Shown: positions 25,981-38,310 of the stretch, one piece after another
How positions within the stretch are numbered: position 1 is the first letter of the stretch
Layout: the number at the start of each line of letters is the position of its first letter
Source of the DNA: Octopus sinensis
Lineage: Eukaryota
Length of the DNA stretch: 64,000 nt
Assembly: GCF_006345805.1 (NCBI RefSeq)
Contig: NW_021834792.1
Coordinates: 5,337 to 69,336 of the forward strand
Direction: 5' to 3'
Program-made: the position numbers and the translations under genes
Notes under the pieces: model-generated
Told to the model about the DNA's origin: nothing
Database searches by the model: none
Seen by the model: only the letters and a program-made list of their open reading frames with translations

Positions 25981-26039
25981 AACAAAAAAGGAAAGCAAGA
26001 CAAACATTATTACTGAAATATAAAAATAACAAAAAGAAA

Positions 26040-26070
26040 ACTTACCTGAAAACAATGAACGCATTAGACA
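26040..26070 (-). other. Consensus 3'SS immediately followed by consensus 5'SS (splice donor or recursive splice site)
   Basis: Minus strand GTCTAATGCGTTCATTGTTTTCAG|GTAAGTTTTC; junction between 26046 and 26045. Confidence 0.4.
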
Positions 26071-27639
26071 AGATCTTCGCAAAATCACAAAGAATCTGAG
26101 ATCTGTTTTTTCTTTTTCTCTTTTTTTTCCTTTCTTTGTTTATTGCCTTTAGTTTTAGTTTTGTTTTGTTTTGTTTTGTTTTTTCTTCCTTTTCTGGAGA
26201 AAAACATAATCTCCAGCCCAAAATGATTTTACCGCGAATTAGAGAAGAACGTAACAGAGACCAACGCTGCGGTAACAGTAGAAGAAAGTAGAATTGTGGA
26301 TGGGAGGGAATTGGTGAGGACAAAAAGATAAAGTGTTATGGTTGATAATGCTAAAAGGCAAAAAAGGAAAAAGAGAAAATAAACACAAACAACAAAAAAG
26401 AAAAAGAAAAACTTTACAAAAGCTGAACAATCCTGGGAAGAAATATGTAACCAAAAAAGTAACTTAAATATGACTTGACAAATCATACATACGTAAATAA
26501 AATAGCATAATATAAAATCTTGGAAGCAACGGGGAAATGATAAAAATGGTAAATATAGGAAACGGGTACTTACAAGATGCTGGTAAATATATTCAACGAT
26601 TTATTGAAAAGAATCATAAATGAAAATAATCATAAATGAATAGCTGATCGACGGAAAAAGACCGACAAAGCAAAAAAATTAATGAAAAATCTGAAAGCTT
26701 TCACACCAATTATATTGCAAACGTCAAATCAATGTTTGTGACGTTGGGAAAACAAACGTTTCAAACGTCAAATTAACGTCAAATCGACATTTCATTCTTT
26801 CGGGGGTCGATGAAATAAGTACCAGTCAATTATATCAACTGGAGTTGATATAATTGACAAGCTCCCTCACCCAAAATCTTAGGTCTTGAGCCAAAATTTG
26901 AAGCCAATATTTTGGTAAGATAAAGCTGCGAGCTGCCTGAATTGCTAAGTACGCCGGGCTAAATGCTTAGCAGTATTTTGTCCGTTTTCGCGTTCTGAGT
27001 TCAAATTCCACCGAAGTCGACTTTCCCGTTCATCCTTTCTGACTTGATAAAATTAGTACCAGTTAAACACTGGGGATGATGTAAAAGACTTCCTCCTTCC
27101 CACGAACTTACTGGCCTTGTGCCAAAAATTGGAAATCAATATTTTCGTATGCTAAGACGATGAGCTGGTAGAATAGTTAGCACGCTGAACAAAATGCTTA
27201 CGTTTTGAGTTCAAATTCCGGTGAGGTCGACTTTTCATCTTAAGTACCAGTTGAAGATTAGGGCCGAATTTTCTGGCCTTGTGCCAAAATTTGAATATAG
27301 TATTTTGTTAAGTGCATGTGTTACTTCAGAATAGGATGTAAGCGTTTATCGTTTCACTCATTGAACCGCCTTGGAATTTCAGTCGAACAGATCGGTACCA
27401 GTATTTATTTTTTAATTCTGTTCTCTTGGTCTTATTTTGACGAACTTTTAAGTTACATGTAATTAAACAAAACAACACCGGTCGAGAAACTGTGGAAAAC
27501 AAACACTAGCATAAAGACAAATACAAACTCATACACACAGTCATGTATGGACACATACATACATACATACATACATGCATACATACATACATACATACAT
27601 ACATACATACATACATACATACATGCATGCATGCATGCA

Positions 27640-27670
<31 letters not shown>

Positions 27671-27713
27671 CATACATACATACATACATACATACATACA
27701 GACAGACAGACAT

Positions 27714-28615
27714 GCGTCTATACATACTGCGCTTGCAGTCCAGGGACAGGCAATATCAACCAAAAACCTGATGCACAAAAGGGATAGAGATGCAGGAAAA
27801 GCAGTTAAATGTGATAACCGATGCAGACTTTGTGGAGTTAACACCGAAGATATCACGCACATCAATAACAGTTGTCCGAAAAAGTCATCACGGTATTATC
27901 TACCGATGAAACATGATGTTGTAGCTTGGACACTTTATAATGTAATCTGTCGGAGGAATAACTCCGAGGACAAAGAAATAAGAACCCACAGTTTGGTAGA
28001 AGCCATAGCCACTCATAATAAAAAGGAGTAGTGGTGGAATGTCCCAGTGAAAACCTCAATAAAATGTAAGCACAATAGATCAGATATATAATGTTTTGGA
28101 ATAGAGGAGAGAAACTGTGGAAATTAGTTGCCCAACGGATGTTAACATGAAGCTAAAGAACAGTGAAAAGAGAATACCTATGCTGAACTATTAAGAAATC
28201 TGCAGTTACTCTATCCAGATTACAAGTTCAGGTTTATACCTGTAATTATTGGGGCCCTGGGATATGTAATACACTGCCTAAATACCAATCTTGAGAAATT
28301 AGGGTTCTCAAAACCAGAAGGGAGACAGCTAATTCAAAGGCTACACATCCAATCCATGATAGGAACTGTAAATATCTGTAAAACTTTCCAGAAGTTTATC
28401 ATTTAAATATATGTGAGCACTTCTAGATATTCAGGTATATGCATGAGAATACATGCATAAACAAAACATGCAAATTTGCACATATACATACATACATGCA
28501 AACAAAAGTCTTCTATTGCTGATGTTGAAATTCCAATGAAGGAGCCTCGGGTCTTGCTTAGAAAGCAGCTCTTTCTCAATTGGCAAGAAATCTTGAAATA
28601 AAATTGAATAATGAC
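27714..28615 (+). mobile_element. R4/Dong-like (restriction-like endonuclease) non-LTR retrotransposon 3' end
   Basis: CCHC knuckle CRLCGVNTEDITHINNSCP...HD, HNRSDI, YAELLRNLQLLYPDYKFRFIPVIIGALG; stop 28404-06, then 3' UTR. Shorter copies 2890-3230 (-), 11625-11975 (+), 11290-11380 (+). Confidence 0.85.
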
Positions 28616-28821
28616 ATACGTACATACAAACATACATACATATGTACTTACATACATACATACGACGAGCTACTTTCATCTTCTGTTTCAAATCCCCACA
28701 CGGCTTTAGTCGGCTCGAGGCTATTGTAGAAGACACGTGCACATAGTGTCACGCAGTAGAACTGAACTGGGAATCACGTGTTGCTACACAGCCACTCCTG
28801 CGCCGATGGTTGTAAGTATAT

Positions 28822-29220
28822 AAGGCGGCGAGCTGGCACAAACGTTAGCACGCCGGGCGAAATGCTTTGCGGTATTTCGTCTGCCGTTACGTTCTGAGTT
28901 CAAATTCCGCCGAGGTTGACTTTGCCTTTCATCCTTTCGGGGTCGATAAATTAAAGTACCAGTTACGCACTGGGGTCGATGTAATCGACTTAATACCTAT
29001 GTCTGTCCTTGTTTGTCCCCTCGATGTTTAGCCCCTTGTGGGTAATAAAGAAACAGGTATTTCATCTGCCTTTACGTGCAGAGTTCAAATTCCGCCGAGG
29101 CTGACTTTGCATTTCATCTTTTCGGAGTCTATACATTAAGTACCAGTTGCGTACTGGGTTCGATCTAATAGACTGGCCCCCTCCCCCCAAATTTCGGATC
29201 TTGTGCCTAGAGTAGAAAAG
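28822..29220 (+). mobile_element. S1 SINE, head + one unit + terminal unit
   Basis: Flanked by GATG(G/A)TTGTAAGTA(T/A)ATAA at 28805-28823 and 29221-29239. Confidence 0.85.
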
Positions 29221-29845
29221 GATGATTGTAAGTAAATAACAAAAGAATAAAACTTGTTGTAATGTTACGAGACAAATACAGGTATATCAAATACTGTACA
29301 ACATCTGACGGTTTCAACGATGAGGGTTCCAGTGATCCGATCAATACAACAGCGTGCTCGTGAAATTAATGTACGAGTGGCTGAGCAATTCCATAGATAC
29401 GCGTGCTCTTAACGTAGCTCTCATAGCTCTCAGGGAGAATCAGCGTGGCAGAGAATGTGGAAAAGCTGGCCCCTTGAGGTATAAGTAGAATTCATTTTTG
29501 CTAGCTGAGTGAACTGGAGCAACGGGAAATAAAGCGTCTTGCTCAAGGTCACAAAGCGCCGCCAGGAATCGAACTCACGACCATACGATTTTGATCCGAA
29601 TACTTTTAACAGAGTGTTTTTTTAAGCTATAGATTCTGGAAGCCTTATTAGCAATGAGTATGGTAAATACCTTTGTCCTCATTTATTGCGGGGAGAGGAA
29701 CTAAAAGACAGTGATAATTGAATCCTCTTCACACACTGTAAATGAAACGAATAGTAGATTCATTTGACATCAACTCGCGGTCCATAGCAACGAAACTTCC
29801 ACCGTCAAGTACTTTCTGGATTATTTCCACGTTTCATATTTCTTT

Positions 29846-30005
29846 ATTTCCCACAAGGGGCTAAACATAAAGGGGACAATCAAGGACAGAGAAAGGGATT
29901 AAGTCGATTAGATCGACCCCAGTGCGTAACTGGTACTTAATTTATCGACCCCGAAAGGATGAAAGGCAAAGTCGACCTCGGCGGAATTTGAACTCAGAAC
30001 GTAAC
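29846..30005 (-). mobile_element. S1 SINE single unit, head missing
   Basis: Reverse complement of the 184-bp unit. Confidence 0.8.
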
Positions 30006-30162
30006 GCGCTCCATCTATCCTACAGCACACATGCTACTTAACCTGTAGCCGGGACCTTAACAGTTGTTGCTACTCCGGGTCAAAGTAGACCTGGAAACAA
30101 CAGTGACTAAGAGGTGGTTCAAGACCATTACATTACAAAGGCCTCCCACTCCCGGATGCAGT

Positions 30163-30544
30163 TTAACCCTTTAGCGTTTAAACTGATTCATTCATCGGTG
30201 ATCCAGGAAAACATGTGAGCCATATTACGCTTTTGTGAACCATATTATGCTTTTCTTAGATTGATATTTGATAACACGTGTCAGTGATCAGTCGAAGTTT
30301 CTGCTTCTACAGCATAAACACTCTGCAGTGATCACCCAAAATGGCCATATCTGACCCAAATGTGTTACCTGTTCCATTTTCTTAGTAGCCAGATCCAGCC
30401 TATCACACTTACGCTTCAGTGCCATTCTAAAAATATACTATCACATCATCAAAATTTTGAAGCTACAAAATAAAGCATGATTAATTACAATCTGAATGAA
30501 AAAGCATTACGTTTGGCTGAATAACCTGAATACTGAAGGGTTAA
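30163..30544. mobile_element. piggyBac-like MITE with internal insertion
   Basis: TTAA-CCCTTTAG (30163) ... CTGAAGGG-TTAA (30544); ~160-bp insert 30185-30345 similar to 31165-31325. Confidence 0.65.
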
Positions 30545-31689
30545 AGTCTTACAACCAGGCCTTTGTTGATGGCTAAGAATACGTAAATCCGATGAAAAAT
30601 ACGCATCTTTGAAATACGAGCATATTAATACAGACGGTAGTCAGTGCATTCTGGGTAGGTGAGCATCGTGGGTAATCACTGTGGCGCATTTATACTGTAT
30701 AAGCACAACCTTCCACTAATCGCTGACACGTGTTATCAAAGATGAAGCTACGAAAGGCGTAACAGGTTGTAATAGAAGGTGGCAAATACACACATACACA
30801 CATACATTTGTACATGACGGGATTCCACATAGTTTCCGTTTACCAAAACACTCGCAACGATTTGGTTAGCTCGGAGCTCTAGTAGAAGACACTTGCCCAA
30901 GATGCCGCGCAGTGACACCAAACCCGAAACCCCGTGGTTACAAAGTGAATTTTAACCAAACACCTACGCCAATCCTATCCACATAGTCATGTCTATGCCT
31001 GGTTAAAGCTACCCTCATTTTGTCGTGACGAGGAAGTTTCATTAGAACACTCCTCTTTTGATAAGAAAGGCTTCGCTTTTATATTTCCTTTCATTGTTCT
31101 GATCCGTTCAACCATCTTCTAACCATTCAGTTTCCAATACGTAATAAATATAGCCTCGCTTACCTTTGATTCGTTCTTCACTGATCCTGGATAACACGGT
31201 GCACTCCGCTGTGAACCATGTTACACTTTCGTGGATTGATCTTTGGTAACACGTCTCAGCGATCAGTCGAATGTTCTGCTTGTACAGCATAAACGCGCAA
31301 TAGGGATCACTCACAATGGTCAGCTACCCGGAATGCACTGACTATTGCCCGTTCTAATATAACCATACAGCGTGGATCCGTAATTTTTATACAGATTCAC
31401 GTACTCGTACCCGTCAACAATTTCTTGAGTAAGACTTTAAATGTAGACTCGTTTACCGCTAATTCACTCATCACCTTCTCTTACAACTTGACAACGGGTT
31501 TACGTCCCCATACCTTAGCAGTTACTTTCGATAAAAGTAACTGGATAGAGTAAATACACCCCGCCCACTCAAAAAAAAACGAAGAAAAGAAAGAAGTGCT
31601 AGGGTCAATTTTTTTACCTTATGACCGTAATCCAAAACAAGTAAAAGATGGACGATAAAAGATCGCAGTAGAACAGACTCTTTATGTGT

Positions 31690-32009
31690 TAGTGTGCGTG
31701 TGGGTGTGGGTGTGAGTGCGTGTGTTAGTGTGTATGTGTATTAGTGTGTGTGTGCGTATGTGTGTGTTAATGTGTATGTGTGTATATGTGCTAGTGCATG
31801 TGTGTGTTAGTGTGTGTGCTCTTGTACGTGTGCGTGTGTGTTTGTGTGTGTGTGCATGTGTGTGTGTATGTTTACGTATGCTAGTGTGTGTGCACGTGTA
31901 TGTTAGTATGTTTGTGTGCTAGTGTGTATGTGTTAGTGTACGTGTTATCGTATGTGTTAGTGTGTGTTAGTGTGTGTGCGTGTTAGTGTGTGTGTGTTAA
32001 TGTGTGTTA

Positions 32010-32051
<42 letters not shown>

Positions 32052-32543
32052 GTGTGTGTGTGCTTGTACGTGTGCGTGCGTGTGTGTGTGTTAATGTGTG
32101 TTAGTGAGTGTGTGTGTGTGCTTGTACGTGTGCGAGCGTGTGTGTGTGTATGTGTGTGTGCTTGTACGTGAGCGTGCGTGTGTGTGTGTGCTTGTACTTG
32201 TGCGTGCGTGTGTGTGAGTGTGTGAGTGTGGTGAAACCAAGTTGCACATTATAGATGACAACTTAGTTACATAAAGTTCACCGATTCAGTAATAGAAGTG
32301 GAATGGAATCCATTTTGATAAAATACACCAAAAGAAAGGTTGCAAAGTGGAAAAAAAATTTTAAATAAAATCAAGACAGAAATGCTATGGTGTATAATGA
32401 AATAGAGATAAGAAAATTACATCAGACAGAGACTTATATATATTCATGTGCGTATGTGTGTATACATAAATACGTACATACATATGTACATGCATACATA
32501 CATATGTGTGTATGTATATACATATACATATATATATATATTG

Positions 32544-32592
<49 letters not shown>

Positions 32593-32713
32593 CATATGGC
32601 ATTATGGACTAGACGGAGTGCAATTGTGCTCACATGAAAGAAAATGGTAGAAAGGAATGGTATAGACGCATTAGATTAATACTTAAATCAAAGCTATATG
32701 GATGATGATGATG

Positions 32714-32755
<42 letters not shown>

Positions 32756-32847
32756 TAATGATAGTAATAACAACAACAACAACAACAACAATAATAATAA
32801 TAATAATGATAATAATGATATTAATAATAATAATAACAATAATAATA

Positions 32848-32895
<48 letters not shown>
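31690..32895. repeat. (TG)n with recurrent TTAG, then (TA)n and (AAT)n/(AAC)n
   Basis: Direct reading. Confidence 0.9.
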
Positions 32896-32897
<2 letters not shown>

Positions 32898-34019
32898 GGC
32901 AAGTTAATAAACATCAATACTCAGGCTGTTCCATTAATAAGTTATAGTTATGAAAACTGATAACTGGAAGCTAAATTAATTAGTAAGACTAGACAGGCAA
33001 ACACGAAAATTTAATGAAAGTATTAAGAGTACGACATCCAAGAACGGACAAAGGAGTATTATTATTATTACTACGACGAATTCATGTAGGTAGATATCAA
33101 CTATGTGTAGAAAGCTATTATAAATTGTCTGTTGGACTAAATTATTTTTAGTGAAAAACATAGATGGAAATAAATGCGAACAGCCGCAATACATTTTAAT
33201 AAGGGGGATCCTCGCACCCTGCATGTTTTAATCTGTATTTCTTGGCGATTGTACAGATGTGATTGCAGGCATTTTGTACTGAAGACGGAGAAGAAACCGG
33301 ATGAGAAAATACTTATATATATATATATAGGCGCTGGAGTGACTGTGTGGTAAGTAGCTTGTTTACCAACCACATGGATCCGGGTTCAGTCCCACTCCGT
33401 GGCACCTTGGGCAAGTGTGTTTTACTATAGCAACGGGCTGATCAAAGCCTTGTGAGTAGATTTGGTCAACGGAAACTGCAAGAAGACCGTCATACACACA
33501 CACACATACACGCACACACATACACACACACATACGCACACATATATATATTATATATGTATATGTATATATATATAATATATATGTATGTATATGTACA
33601 TGTAGGCGGTGTTCCAACACAGCCGCAGTTAAATGACGGAAATAATTAAAAGAATATATATGTGCCCCAGCATGGCCACAGCTCAAGAGCTGAAACTGGA
33701 AAACATAAACATATATATATATATATATATATATACAGACAGGTCAATGAACACATAGAAAGTTGTGCTAGGAATCTTAATTCTAATTTCTAATTTTGCA
33801 CTTCTATCAATGTTCACAGAACACCTCAGTACAACAAAGAATGAATAGAGAGGCAACTTTCATCAATAAATATCTTCCACAACTCAATATGAACACATAA
33901 AATAATACAGAACACTACTAACCTTTCAATTAATACCACTAGTTTTGAAATTGATGTATGAATTCCAAGTGAAGTACTGGTCCTAGTATGTAATCCTCAG
34001 AAGATGACAGACTGGTAAA

Positions 34020-34470
34020 ATAGACAAACTGGCTGTCTTCAATATGGTTTTCGTAACTGTTCCTACGTATGGTCATGTATCTTGGATAATGAGAGAAAAA
34101 GTAAGATCGCGAATGCAAGCGACCGAAATGGGGCTTCCCCGAAGGATTTCTGGAATAACTTTACTCGACAGGGTACGTAGCTCGGAAGTCAGGAATTCTC
34201 TCCAGTTTTACTCGTTATTCTGTCCTATTGAGAAGTCCACGGCTCTGGTACTTTGGACATGTGATTAGAATGTCTCAGGAAAGAATCACAAGACAGATTC
34301 TTCAAGCCGAACCAACCTGTAGGAGACCCCGCAGTAGACAAAGAGCGAGATGGTTGGATAATATCCATAGTCTCAGGTGGTCACGGTTGGAAATCCCACC
34401 GGAATGTCTAATAAAGGTTGCCTGCCTATTCTACCCTCACAATTATCGCAGGAAAAGTGAGCAGAGAAGA
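34020..34470 (+). mobile_element. RTE-clade LINE 3' end with (TGTA)n tail
   Basis: PTYGHVSWIMREKVRSRMQATEMG..RRISGITLLDRVRS, RLWYFGHVIRMSQER...RRPRSRQRARWLDNI; one frameshift. Confidence 0.85.
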
Positions 34471-34499
34471 TGTATGTATGTATGTATGTATGTATGTGT

Positions 34500-34765
34500 G
34501 AAGGCGCCTGGCTTAGTGGTTAGGGCATTCGGCTTGAGCAAGACACTTTATCTCACGTTGCTCCAGTCCTCTCAGAGGGCAAAATGAGTTGTACCTGTAT
34601 TTCAAAAGTGACACTCTGTGTCACGCTGAATCGTCCTGAGAACTACGTTAGGGGTACACATGTCTATGGATTGCTCAGTCACATGCGCATTAATTTCACG
34701 AGCAAGCTGTTCCGTTGATTGTATCTGCTGGGACCCTCGTTGTCGTAACCGACAGAGTGCTCCTA
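34500..34765 (+). mobile_element. tRNA/CORE-like SINE (family S4); second copy ~29300-29595 on minus
   Basis: GAAGGCGCCTGGCTTAGTGGTTAGGG head, TTGAGCAAGACACTTTATCTCACGTTGCTCCAG core, shared AATTTCACGAGC(A/T) body. Confidence 0.75.
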
Positions 34766-34979
34766 TGTATGTATGTATGTATGTATGTATGTATGTATGT
34801 ATGTATGTATGCATGTATGGATGGATGGATGGATGGATGGATCTATGGATGGATGGACTGATGGAGGAATGAATGGACAATAATGTCATAAATAAATAGT
34901 GAAATTATCCAGAGATGAAGAGTTGGAAATAAAAAACATAGAACCAATTCCTTGATACTTCTTGAGAATACTTTATCTT

Positions 34980-35278
34980 ATTCTTTTATATCACGTGATC
35001 ACGTGACCGACCAGACCATCAGATGTTGTTACATATCGCTGGTCACAATGCGTTCGCGTTGTTTTAGCCTTTGAACGACACCACCCCGCTGGCTAAGCGA
35101 GCAGGCCAACAGAAGAAAGAGTGGGAGAAAGAATGGTGAAAGAGTACAGCAGGGATCACCGGGGCGTCGTGGAGCTTTTAGGTATTTTCGCTCAATAAAC
35201 ACTCACAACGCCCGGTCTGAGAATTAAAACCGCGATCCTACGACCGCGTGTCCGCTGCCCTAACCACTGGGCCATTGG
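34980..35278 (-). mobile_element. S3 SINE
   Basis: Matches 4395-4606; includes TCACGTGATCACGTGA near its 3' end. Confidence 0.85.
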
Positions 35279-35719
35279 GTTTTGGGGTATGCGCAAATCA
35301 TTCAGCCTATTAGAGTTGCAGGGCCTAGTGAAGCGGTTATCCGCTTGTATATGCCCGCGCGCGACCACATCCATCTGTCTGTCTGTATGCTTGAGGGCAG
35401 ATGTGGGTCTGTCTCTGTAAATTCCAGAGTTTTATCTTTTTATGTGGGTGAATTTCTGTCGTAAGCTTGACCTGGTTAAGTGGGTAAGAGGCTTGTTTCA
35501 CACACCTCCCATCCAAGCACTGCTGTAGTCAGCGGAAGTGAGCTAGAACGGTAAAACTTCGTGCGCATGCACGGCAGAGGTCAAGGTCAATCTGTGCCAA
35601 GCGGCTTTACTCTGCATGCTTTAGCTTCCTTACTATGGCAACAGTTCGGATACTTATTAATCAGACCATGTATATGTCAATGCAATAGTGTATATATGCT
35701 TTTGTGTATATGAGGGTGC

Positions 35720-35764
35720 GTATGTATGTACTTTTGTATATATCTAAATATGTGTATGTATATA

Positions 35765-35853
<89 letters not shown>

Positions 35854-35870
35854 ATATATTATATATATAT

Positions 35871-35919
<49 letters not shown>

Positions 35920-36463
35920 ATTTATCTATCCATCTACCTCTCTCTCCCTCTCCCTCTCTTCCTATATATATATATATATATATATATACTCATACACACA
36001 CATATGCATGCATATACACACGTCTGTATGTATGCATGCTCGAATGTATGTAAGTATATGGATATATACTTGTACATATGCATGTATGACTATACAGAGA
36101 ATAATGGATAAGATATTATTCACTCAGTAAGACAGCTGTCTGTGGTATACCGAAAGTCTTATGCTTCAGTTCCATTAGCTCCGAATTAAGGGTCCCTGTC
36201 ACCACGGGACACTTATCAAAAAGGAACCGGAAGTGACTCATTTAATTCCCATCAGATAAAATCAATCAATGTTCTTTCCTCTTAATTAACATTGATGGAC
36301 ATTAAGTTCCGAACAGTTGCTTTGCCTTTAAAGACACGGGCATGCGTATATTCGTATGCTGGTGCAGAAATAATCACACCATTCTCAAAGACCAGCATAT
36401 ATGCGTATAAATGATACACGCTCACAGATAAACACACAGTTACAAAAGTACATACACAAATGC

Positions 36464-36520
<57 letters not shown>

Positions 36521-36521
36521 C

Positions 36522-36565
<44 letters not shown>

Positions 36566-36625
36566 TATACATACAGACATATATATATATATATATGTAT
36601 GTATATATATATGTATGTTTGTATG

Positions 36626-36656
<31 letters not shown>

Positions 36657-36759
36657 ATATGTCTGTATGTATATATATATATATTATATATATATACATA
36701 TACATATATATGTATATGTACACATATACATATATATGTATATGTACACATATACATAT

Positions 36760-36792
<33 letters not shown>

Positions 36793-37727
36793 GTATGTAT
36801 ACATACATATTTATATGCACACACATACATATGTACACCTACATATATACAAATACAAATTTATATGTGTATGTATATAATGTATACAAAGATATGTATA
36901 TAGATACTTACGCATTTATAATTACCTACACACATACGTATATAATCACAAACGCACATGTATTTGTGTGTGTGTGTCTGTCTGTCTGTATGTGTGTGTG
37001 AGTGTGTGAGTATGTGTATTAATATATACACCCACATGTGTATATATTCACACATCACACACACACACTCACAAACACATACACACGAGCACACACTGAT
37101 AGATAAACATACGTGCATGGATGTATACATGTGTAGCATGGATATATGTGTGTATGTGTATGTGTGTGCGCGGCGTGTGCGTGTGTATGCGTCTATGTTC
37201 GCGCGTATGAGTATATAAATAAATATATATATATATGTCTCTGTGTGTGTGTGTATGTGTGTGTGTGTGTATGTGTGTGTGTGTGTATGTGTGTGTGTGT
37301 GTGTGTTTGTGTGAAGTGCTCGCGCGTTTGTATATTGGCTCTATTATCTCTTTTATATTTAGGAATGGCAGCTGGAATGAGACATTGCCAAAACACACGT
37401 GCGCGCACGTATCTGTGTGTGTTTGTGTGTTTATGTCTGTGTGTGCGTACGTGTGTGTGTTCCGGCAAAAGTGCTAATGAGTGACGTATGGACGTGTATA
37501 TGTTGAACTTAGCAGATGCACTCGTGTTATGCTACTGCCTGTCACCCGGTGCATCTGTTAAAGACTGCACCTTCTTAACATCTGTTCTTGTTCAGTGCAC
37601 CCAGAAACACAGAAAGAAAAAATTCCCAACCGTATTTCTTGCATGTCAGGCAGCACGGCGAGCACTTTGCGGGTGCTGTCGCCTCTACAGCATCACAGAT
37701 ACACATGTAAACAGAAACGTACAGGCA

Positions 37728-37782
<55 letters not shown>

Positions 37783-37926
37783 ACACACACGCACACACAA
37801 TCACTCACACGCACACACAATCACACACGCGCGCATACACTCCTTTGAGCTTGCAGAAGCCTTTATGTTTGTGTAAAAGTCAAAGCGACGTATGTGGTTA
37901 TATAAATGTATTGTTATATTATTATA

Positions 37927-37974
<48 letters not shown>

Positions 37975-38310
37975 GCTGCTGCTAGTACTACTACTGCTGC
38001 TGCTGCTACTACTACTACTACTACTACTACTACAACAACTACTACTACTACAAGAATTATTACTACTACTGCTGCTGTTGCTGCTCCTGCTACTACTACT
38101 ACTACTATTACTACTACTACTGCTACTACTACTACTACTACAAGAACTACTACTACAACAACAACTACTACTACTACTATTACTACTACTACAAGAACTA
38201 CTACTACAAGAACTACTACTACGACAACAACTGCTACTACTACTGCTGTTGTTGCTGCTGCTGCTGCTGCTACTACTTCTACTACTAATAATGATAATAA
38301 TAATAATAAG
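35720..38310. repeat. Microsatellite-rich block: (TA)n, (TG)n, (CA)n, (CTA)n/(CTG)n
   Basis: Direct reading; small unique islands at ~36100-36450 and 37480-37720. Confidence 0.9.

Noticed and set aside
26042-26323. 93-aa minus-strand ORF
   Set aside because: Middle is (AAAAC)n/poly-purine low complexity; only the splice signal at its end was kept.
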